DNA of 35,229 nucleotides, taken from sequence record SRR2962707_5509. One strand, written 5' to 3'. A model generated the notes under the pieces. It was not told the DNA's origin. It saw only the letters and a list, made by a program, of their open reading frames with translations, and did no database searches. The position numbers and the translations under genes are program-made. Each line of letters starts with the position of its first letter. The first letter of the stretch is position 1. Positions 28,718 through 35,229 of the stretch are shown here, piece by piece.

Positions 28718-30027
28718 GATGGTCCCATCAGGTCGTCAAGTTCACGGTAGTCGGGCAGGGTGGTATCGATTGCCTTGCCGGCACGGATCACGATGCGGTC
28801 GGCCTGCGGGCGCGACATCAATTCAGTCCAGTTGCGGCCCTTGAACAGCACCAGATCCGCCGAAGCGCCGGCCTTGAGTTCGCCGGTGAAAGCAAACCGC
28901 GCGATAGCGGCCGGCTCGGCCGAAACCGCGCGCGTCCAGGCCAAGGCATCAGCCTGTGGATGATCGAAATGCAGGATCCGCGCGCCCTCACGAAGCACCT
29001 CGAAGCCGTCCAGGTCGCCATAGGCATAGAAGGGGTCACGGGTGTTGTCCGAGGCAATTGCCACAGGGACGCCTGCGGCCTTCAACTCGTTGAGCAAAGT
29101 TACGCCGCGCCAGCGGGGCGTCCGCACGCCGGATGCGTTGTCGCGATCCTGCAGGTACATATTGCACATGGGCAGCGAGACCACCGCAATGCCGGCGCGG
29201 GCGACCTTATCGATCACGCGCCTTGCCGTGTCCCCATCCTGCACCGCCAGCGAGCAGCAATGCCCGGCAACAACCGAGCCGGAAAAACCGGTTTCGATGA
29301 CGGCATCGGCCAGACATTCGAGCGCATTGGCCGCCGGGTCTGGCGATTCATCTGTGTGCAGGTCGATATCGAGACCAAGCTCTCCTGCGATCTCGACCAG
29401 GCGCCGCATGATTGCTGGGTTTTCCGGGTGCACGGCGGTCGAACCGCCCAGAATGCCGCCGGCGGCCTTGGTGCGGGTCGCCACAGCACGGAGCGCCGTG
29501 TCGTCGAGTATGGTATCGGGACCCATCAGGCCCGCTGCCTGCAACTCGATCCGCCCGGCCCAGCGCTCGCGCATGGCTTCGAACACCTCCCAGCTTATTT
29601 CATGCTGGGGCGGCGCCATGTCGAGATGCGTGCGAATGGCAGCGGTGCCGTGGGCATAGGCGCAGTGCAAGGAGAAATCCATGCGCCGCTCAACGTCGTC
29701 GGACGCCCAATTCGCCTCACGATCTTCCAGCACAGCCCGCAAGGCCCCGATCCAGGTGCCGTCCGGGTTCTGCTTGCGCGGCCAGATGTGACCCTTGTCG
29801 AGATGCGTGTGCAGGTCGACAAAGGCCGGGAGGACGATGTCGTCGCGCAGATCGATCCGCTGGGGCAGGCTGGCCGAACCGGCCGGTTCAATGGCGGCAA
29901 TCGCGCCATCGGCAATGGTAATGTCGACGCATTGCAGCGCACCGGATGCAGGGTCGCCGATAAGCGCTTCAGGCACACTGGCATTGGCCAGCACATAATG
30001 GCCATTGGCGGGGATCGAGATGGTCAC
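28714..30027 (-). CDS. Cytosine deaminase-like amidohydrolase (candidate pterin deaminase)
   Basis: DLHTHLDK, AHGTAAIRTH, DLHTDE, AGHCCSL, ASDNTRDPFYAYGD metal-binding motifs. Confidence 0.9.
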   Translation of the reverse strand: MTISIPANGHYVLANASVPEALIGDPASGALQCVDITIADGAIAAIEPAGSASLPQRIDLRDDIVLPAFVDLHTHLDKGHIWPRKQNPDGTWIGALRAVLEDREANWASDDVERRMDFSLHCAYAHGTAAIRTHLDMAPPQHEISWEVFEAMRERWAGRIELQAAGLMGPDTILDDTALRAVATRTKAAGGILGGSTAVHPENPAIMRRLVEIAGELGLDIDLHTDESPDPAANALECLADAVIETGFSGSVVAGHCCSLAVQDGDTARRVIDKVARAGIAVVSLPMCNMYLQDRDNASGVRTPRWRGVTLLNELKAAGVPVAIASDNTRDPFYAYGDLDGFEVLREGARILHFDHPQADALAWTRAVSAEPAAIARFAFTGELKAGASADLVLFKGRNWTELMSRPQADRIVIRAGKAIDTTLPDYRELDDLMGPS

Positions 30028-30028
30028 C

Positions 30029-30895
30029 TCAATTCTCCCGCTTCATGGCGCTTTCGTGCCAGCGATGCAGCAATAGCCAGGCGATCAGCGAGGTCGCCGC
30101 AAAGATGGCAACGCCGGTAACCATCAACAGGATCAGCGCCGCATAAAGGCGCGGGTAGTTGAGGCGATAACCCGATTCGAGCAGGCGGAAAGCCAGGCCC
30201 GCACCCTTGCCCGCAGAACCGGCCGCAAACTCGGCCACCACAGCGGCGATCAGTGACAGCCCACCGCCAATGCGCAGGCCTGCAGCGAAATAGGGCAGGG
30301 AGGCCGGCAGCTTGAGATAGAGCAGTGTCTGCCAGCGATTGGCACCATAAAGCTCGAAGAGATTGAGCAGATTGTGGTCGACGCTCTTGAGACCCGCCAC
30401 CATGTTGGAGAGGATCGGGAAGAAGGCGACGACAAACGCGCAGGTCAGCAAAGCCGATTGCGTGTCGGGCATGTAGATGATGAGCAGTGGCGCGATGGCG
30501 ATCATCGGCGTCACCTGCAGGATAACGGCGAAGGGGAAGATCGCCAGCTCAATCCACTTGCTCTGAACCAGGATAATGGCCAGCCCCACGCCACCGACCA
30601 GCGCAATAGCGAGCGCAAGGAAGGTGATGCGCAGCGTCACCAGAAGCGACGGGGAAAGCGTGCCCCAATCGGTATAGAGCGCGGCAATCACGTCGCCCGG
30701 CGCCGGCATGATATAGCGTGGCACCTCGTTGACCGTGATGTGCAACTGCCAGAGCCCGATGGCCAGGGCCACCATGATGAACGGAATGACGATGCGCAGG
30801 GTCTTTTCGACCATGCCGGTGCGCGCCACAGCGATGGCGACGGCGCTGTCGGTGCCGGCTTCGGACATATTCGAGGTCTGGACGGCGTCGGTCAT
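30029..30895 (-). CDS. NitT/TauT-family ABC transporter permease
   Basis: QVTPMIAIAPL, FFPIL, LPASLPYFAAGLRI, AVVAEF. Confidence 0.93.
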   Translation of the reverse strand: MTDAVQTSNMSEAGTDSAVAIAVARTGMVEKTLRIVIPFIMVALAIGLWQLHITVNEVPRYIMPAPGDVIAALYTDWGTLSPSLLVTLRITFLALAIALVGGVGLAIILVQSKWIELAIFPFAVILQVTPMIAIAPLLIIYMPDTQSALLTCAFVVAFFPILSNMVAGLKSVDHNLLNLFELYGANRWQTLLYLKLPASLPYFAAGLRIGGGLSLIAAVVAEFAAGSAGKGAGLAFRLLESGYRLNYPRLYAALILLMVTGVAIFAATSLIAWLLLHRWHESAMKREN

Positions 30896-31722
30896 TGTCC
30901 CTGCGCTCCCAGCATAATGGCTTCCTGAAGGGCGCGTGACACCCGGTCGGTGGTCGCGCGATATTCTTCTGAGGTGCGGTAATTGGCGTCGCGCTCGCCC
31001 GTGGCCTCAATGGCGAGATCGGCACAGACCTGGCCCGGCCGGGCGCGCATGACGACGATCCGGTTGGAAAGGAAGCCGCTTTCGAACACCGAATGGGTCA
31101 CGAAGATCACCGTGATGCCGGTCTCGCGCCAAAGACGAAGGACGTCGTCATTGAGCTTTTGCCGGGTGATTTCGTCCAGCGCAGCGAAGGGTTCATCCAT
31201 CAGCAACAGGCGGGGCTTGGTGACCAATGCCCTTGCAATGGACACGCGCATCTTCATGCCGCCCGACAGCTCACGCGGATAAGACTTCTCGAAATCGGAC
31301 AGGCCAACCGAGGCTAGGGCTTCCATGATGCGCGCACGGGCGCCCGACTTGCTCATGCCATTCAGGCGCAGCGGCAGATAGACATTGTCGAACACGCTCG
31401 CCCAGGGCATCAGCGTTGGCTCCTGGAAGACGAAGCCGACATCGCCTTCGGGCAGGCCCTTGGCGTTGATGCGCGAGCTGGGCCAATCGATGGACCCCGA
31501 CGAGGCAGCGCCCAGCCCGGCGATGATGCGCAAGGCGGTGGACTTGCCGCAGCCCGACGGGCCGAGAAGGCTGAGGAATTCGCCGCGCCGCACATCGAGG
31601 CTCATGTCCTTGAGGGCCAGCGTACCGTTGGAGAATAGCTTGCTCACATTGCGCATCGACACAACGGTGCGCTCGGGAGCGGTTTCGGCCGTGTTGGGGG
31701 CCGCTTCTAGAATATCAGTCAA
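30892..31722 (-). CDS. NitT/TauT-family ABC transporter ATP-binding protein
   Basis: [41 protein letters not shown]. Confidence 0.95.
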   Translation of the reverse strand: MTDILEAAPNTAETAPERTVVSMRNVSKLFSNGTLALKDMSLDVRRGEFLSLLGPSGCGKSTALRIIAGLGAASSGSIDWPSSRINAKGLPEGDVGFVFQEPTLMPWASVFDNVYLPLRLNGMSKSGARARIMEALASVGLSDFEKSYPRELSGGMKMRVSIARALVTKPRLLLMDEPFAALDEITRQKLNDDVLRLWRETGITVIFVTHSVFESGFLSNRIVVMRARPGQVCADLAIEATGERDANYRTSEEYRATTDRVSRALQEAIMLGAQGQ

Positions 31723-31749
31723 AATACAAAACCCGGTCTAGGGTCAAAG

Positions 31750-31775
31750 CGGTGCGGGCAGGATTGCCCGCACCG
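31750..31775 (-). terminator. Perfect 11-bp stem-loop after the binding-protein gene
   Basis: CGGTGCGGGCA-ggat-TGCCCGCACCG, followed by a short T-run on the minus strand. Confidence 0.65.
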
Positions 31776-31789
31776 GTCGTGGGCGTTGG

Positions 31790-32788
31790 TTACATCAGGT
31801 CCATGCCGAGGCCCTGGCAGACAAATTCGGTGGTGTAGGCCGTGGTGATGTCGAGGCCGGCCTCATAGACACCCACTTCCACCATCTTGTCGTAGAACTC
31901 AGCCCAGTGCGCGTCGGTCATGCAGCCAATGCCCTGGGTCTCGGCGTCACCAGAAACGACGATACCGTACTCCTTCATCTTGGCGATGCCATAGGCGATC
32001 TGGTCGTCGGTCATCTCCGGATTGTCGGCCTTGATCAGCTCATTGGCCGCGGCATTGTCGCCGTAAAGGTAGTTGTACCAGCCAATGATCGAGGCCTCGA
32101 CAAAGCGCTTGGCAATGTCGGGGTTCTCGTCCACCCAGGGCTTCATTGCCTCAATCGTAGTGGAGTAGGGGGTGTAGCCTTGGTCGGCCAGCAGCCAGAC
32201 ATCAGGCGCAAAGCCGGCCTCACGCTCGATGGAGAGCGGCTCGGAGGTCAAATAGCCCTGCTGGATCGCCATATCGTCGGCGAGGAACGAAGCCGGGTTG
32301 AACTGATAGGGTTCGTACTTCTCTTCGACGAACTCGGGCCATTCGGTCTTCATCCAGGAGAAGTACGAGGTGAACCCGTCCGCACCCAGGATGTATTTCG
32401 AGGCCCCGGCCAACTCCGGGAAGCTCTCGAACTTGCCCGGATGCGACATCAGAACCTGCGGATCCTTCTGGAAAATCGCCGCCAGCGTGATGGTGGGGAT
32501 CTCTTCCTTGACGGCGTTGATCGCGCCCGATGCGCCGCCCATGTAGAACTGCACGCCGCCGCTCACCAGCATCGGCCGGCCCGGAGACTGCGGCCCGCCC
32601 TGCATGACCGTGACGTCGAGGCCGTATTCCTCATAGGTCCCGTCGGCGATGGCCTGGTAGTAGCCGCCATGTTCAGCCTGGGCGAGCCAGTTGGTTGCGA
32701 AGGTGACGGCGTCAAGTTCCTGCGCCGCCGCCGGGCTGCTGGCCAGCGCCAGCGCGGCCAGAAGAATGGTCTTGGTCGAAATCTGCAT
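31790..32788 (-). CDS. NMT1/THI5-like ABC transporter substrate-binding protein
   Basis: Signal peptide ending AAA-Q, TNWLAQAEHGGYYQA, FQKDPQ, QGYLTSEP. Start at 32788 or 32791 with GGGAG RBS. Confidence 0.9.
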   Translation of the reverse strand: MQISTKTILLAALALASSPAAAQELDAVTFATNWLAQAEHGGYYQAIADGTYEEYGLDVTVMQGGPQSPGRPMLVSGGVQFYMGGASGAINAVKEEIPTITLAAIFQKDPQVLMSHPGKFESFPELAGASKYILGADGFTSYFSWMKTEWPEFVEEKYEPYQFNPASFLADDMAIQQGYLTSEPLSIEREAGFAPDVWLLADQGYTPYSTTIEAMKPWVDENPDIAKRFVEASIIGWYNYLYGDNAAANELIKADNPEMTDDQIAYGIAKMKEYGIVVSGDAETQGIGCMTDAHWAEFYDKMVEVGVYEAGLDITTAYTTEFVCQGLGMDLM

Positions 32789-32999
32789 CATGCGCTCCCT
32801 GTACCGCGATCCCTTGCCGCGGCTTGTTGCTCTGACGGCTGGGGCCGCCCTTGTTGTACCTTTCGCCATGCAGCCGCATCTGTGAAGCTAAAAAATAGGC
32901 AAAATGCAAGAATGCCTGCTATGCGTGCAGTGGGAGGCTGTTGGGCTGGTCATGGAGCGCGTCGACCTCTAGCATTCCTATCAAAATCAATGAGTGTGC

Positions 33000-33389
33000 A
33001 TGTTCACCCCCCTCGCCCCGACAACCATCCATCCCCCATTCGCCCCCTATAGCCACGGCGTGGTTGTGCCCGAGGGGCAAAAGCTCGTGTTCTGCTCGGG
33101 GCAATTGGGCATTGACGCCAATGCGATGATCCCACCGGATTGTGCGGGTCAGACAAGGCTCTGCTTCGATAACATCGCCGCCATTCTCGCCGAGGCGGGG
33201 TTGAAGCTCGCCGATGTCGTGCGGATCAACGCCTACGTCACCGGCCGGGAGTACCTGGCGGACTATATGGCGGTGCGCAATGCGCTGTTCGCCGAACCCT
33301 ATCCGGCCTCGACCCTGATGATCGTCTCTGGCTTCGCCCGGCCCGAATTCGTGGTCGAGATCGAAGCTATCGCTGCCGGACCCGCCTGA
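33000..33389 (+). CDS. RidA/YjgF-family protein
   Basis: PYSHG, FCSGQLG, catalytic Arg region YPASTL, VEIEAIA. Confidence 0.9.
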   Translation: MFTPLAPTTIHPPFAPYSHGVVVPEGQKLVFCSGQLGIDANAMIPPDCAGQTRLCFDNIAAILAEAGLKLADVVRINAYVTGREYLADYMAVRNALFAEPYPASTLMIVSGFARPEFVVEIEAIAAGPA

Positions 33390-33400
33390 GGAAAAAGACC

Positions 33401-34207
33401 ATGAGAAAAATCTGGTGGACCGATTTCGCCGCCCGCGAATTCGACAATCTCGACCCGGAAAAGACCATCGCCATCCTGCCCATCGCGGCAGTCGAGCAGC
33501 ATGGGCCGCATTTGCCGGTGGGCACCGACACCATCATCAATCAATCGATGATGAACCTGCTGGCCGAGCATGCCCCGGCCGATCTCGATATCCGCATCCT
33601 GCCCGTGCAGGCCGTGGGCAAGTCCAACGAGCATATCTGGGCCAAGGGCACGATCAGCCACAAGGCCACCAATCTGATCGACGCCTGGACCCAGATCGGG
33701 TTGGAGGTCGCGCGGGCCGGGGTGAAAAAGATCGTCTTCGTCAATTCCCATGGTGGCAATGAAGAGATCATGGGCATCGTCGCGCGTGAACTGCGCGTCG
33801 CGGCCGGCATGCTGGCCGTCAAAAGCGGTTGGCGCTTCGGCGCACCAGAAGGCGTTCTGAGCGATCTGGAACGGCGCCACGGTATTCATGGCGGCGACGC
33901 GGAAACCTCGCTGATCCTGCATTTCCGCCCCGACCTCGTCGATATGGACCGGGCTGAGAACTTCACCTCCATCGCCGTGCGGGACGAGCAGGAGTTCAAG
34001 TATCTCCGGCCCACCGGCGCCTTCGGGCATGTCTATGCCTGGGTTGCCTCGGACATCAATCCATCTGGCGCGGTTGGTGAAGCGGCCTTGGCGAGCGCCG
34101 AAAAGGGGCGGCTTATGGCCGAGCGCAATGTTGCGGGCATGATCGAGGTGCTGCGCGAAGTCGAGCGCATGCCCCTGCCTGGATCGGAGCGCTGGCAGCT
34201 TGCCTAA
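33401..34207 (+). CDS. Creatininase-family amidohydrolase
   Basis: EQHGPHLPVGTD, SNEH, NSHGGN, HGGDAETS. Confidence 0.93.
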   Translation: MRKIWWTDFAAREFDNLDPEKTIAILPIAAVEQHGPHLPVGTDTIINQSMMNLLAEHAPADLDIRILPVQAVGKSNEHIWAKGTISHKATNLIDAWTQIGLEVARAGVKKIVFVNSHGGNEEIMGIVARELRVAAGMLAVKSGWRFGAPEGVLSDLERRHGIHGGDAETSLILHFRPDLVDMDRAENFTSIAVRDEQEFKYLRPTGAFGHVYAWVASDINPSGAVGEAALASAEKGRLMAERNVAGMIEVLREVERMPLPGSERWQLA

Positions 34208-34932
34208 ACGAGCTTGCCGTCCGCGATGATGGCGCGGACCTCGTCCTCGACCGAGTCCAGAATGCCATTTATGGCGGCCACCGCCAGATCGGCATTCTCG
34301 GCGACGATGGCGTCGGCCAGGTCACGATGCAGTGGAAAGGAATCGAGGCCAAAGGCGTCGCGATTGAAGGGTGAGATGTCCCCTCGCTCAAGCGCATGGT
34401 CCAGATTGACCAGGATCTGCCCATACATCGGATTGCCCGACGCATCATAGATGGCGTTGTGAAAGGCGTGGTCCGCCTTGCGCCACGGGCGGCCGGAGTT
34501 GACGTCGGCCAGAAGCACGTCGCATAGCCGCGCGATTTCCGCACGTTGCCTGGTTGTGGCGTGCTGGGTGGCCTTGCGCACCACATCGTTTTCCAGCGTG
34601 CGGCGGATTTCGAGCAGCCGCAACAGGGCCTCGCCTTCCAGCCGCACCATGGTCGGGACCAGACCGCGCGAGGTTTGCACGCGCGCGGCCAGATAGGTGC
34701 CATCACCGCGCCGACGCCGGATGATCCCCAGGCCTTCCCAGCGATTGAGCGCTTCGCGAATGGTGGAACGACCAACACCCAGCGAGGCCGCCAGCGAAAC
34801 CTCGGGTGGCAGTCGGTCGCCGATCTTGAGACCGGCGCGCTCGACCATTTCGGCGAGCGCGTCCAGCACCGCCACATTGCGTGTGCGGTTTTCAAGCGGT
34901 TCCAGATAACTCAGGGCGGCTTCCCGACTCAT
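34204..34932 (-). CDS. GntR/FadR-family transcriptional regulator
   Basis: GDRLPPE...LGVGRSTIREAL...GDGTY wHTH, FCD domain DHAFH...ASGN. Confidence 0.95.
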   Translation of the reverse strand: MSREAALSYLEPLENRTRNVAVLDALAEMVERAGLKIGDRLPPEVSLAASLGVGRSTIREALNRWEGLGIIRRRRGDGTYLAARVQTSRGLVPTMVRLEGEALLRLLEIRRTLENDVVRKATQHATTRQRAEIARLCDVLLADVNSGRPWRKADHAFHNAIYDASGNPMYGQILVNLDHALERGDISPFNRDAFGLDSFPLHRDLADAIVAENADLAVAAINGILDSVEDEVRAIIADGKLV

Positions 34933-34997
34933 GGGGCCCTTTCCTCCAGGTGCGGCAGACCTTTATTGGCCACTCACACCACATATTGGCGCGCTTG

Positions 34998-35229
34998 TCA
35001 GCCTTGCGCTGCCAAGGGCGCCTGCTTGAGATCAAGCAAATCGGTGAGTGCCTCGATCAGCCGGTCCATTTGCGGCCGCGAATTATAGCCCTGCACCGAC
35101 AGACGCACGATGCAGGTGTCCTGCCATTTGAAGACGGGGATCTCGATCCCGTACTTCTCGAACAGCGTCGTATGAATCGCGAGCGTGTCGCATTCCGGAA
35201 TGGGCATGGCGACCATTTGCGGGGCGCAG
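34998..35229 (-). CDS. Class V PLP-dependent aminotransferase (isopenicillin N epimerase-like); only the 3' end is in the window
   Basis: C-terminal pattern QMVAMPIP...LFEKYGIEIPV...VRLSVQGYN. Confidence 0.7.
   Translation of the reverse strand, partial: CAPQMVAMPIPECDTLAIHTTLFEKYGIEIPVFKWQDTCIVRLSVQGYNSRPQMDRLIEALTDLLDLKQAPLAAQG

Noticed and set aside
32885-32901. NtrC-like box AAGCTA-AAAAA-TAGGCA in the divergent promoter region
   Set aside because: Only one good half-site, and no correctly spaced sigma54 -24/-12 element was found.
25-35088. Many long antisense or overlapping ORFs (e.g. 426-1337, 1279-2313, 28960-30120, 31907-33052)
   Set aside because: They are shadow ORFs of well-supported genes, as expected at high GC.
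1-35229. CRISPR array, tRNA, rRNA or integrase (considered because CHAT proteases accompany type III-E CRISPR)
   Set aside because: No repeat-spacer array, cas gene, structural RNA or recombinase was seen. The CHAT protein appears exported, unlike Csx29.

Overview
GC-rich alphaproteobacterial DNA; the gene content and LptD/LptE style suggest Hyphomicrobiales, possibly Devosia-like (inference). There are four blocks. (1) 1-5.85 kb: a LacI-regulated carbohydrate ABC transporter plus a clan GH-J (GH32/GH68-like) fructosidase, with a perfect 28-bp double-operator palindrome upstream. (2) About 6-20.9 kb: an accessory region. It holds a three-gene operon (small Cys-rich exported protein, membrane protein, and a 1607-aa exported PG-binding/2xPAN/helical-repeat/CHAT caspase-like protease), a GIY-YIG-DUF4357 + soluble FtsH-like AAA/M41 protease + DUF6634-like module, an out-of-context adjacent lptD-lptE pair, GGTAAC iteron-like repeats, and a DUF927 helicase remnant fused to a dead IS110-family element. 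(3) 21-26.6 kb: an FGGY sugar kinase divergent from an Rbs-type monosaccharide ABC transporter, then a degenerate GGDEF protein. (4) 26.7-35.2 kb: a putative pterin/nitrogen-heterocycle catabolic cluster (flavodoxin-like reductase, FAD oxidoreductase, deaminase, NitT/TauT ABC transporter, RidA, creatininase-family hydrolase, FadR regulator) and the 3' end of a class V aminotransferase. All family calls come from motif recognition by eye; no database searches were run. The best candidates for new biology are the exported caspase-like operon, the nuclease/AAA-protease/DUF6634 module and the second LptDE pair.
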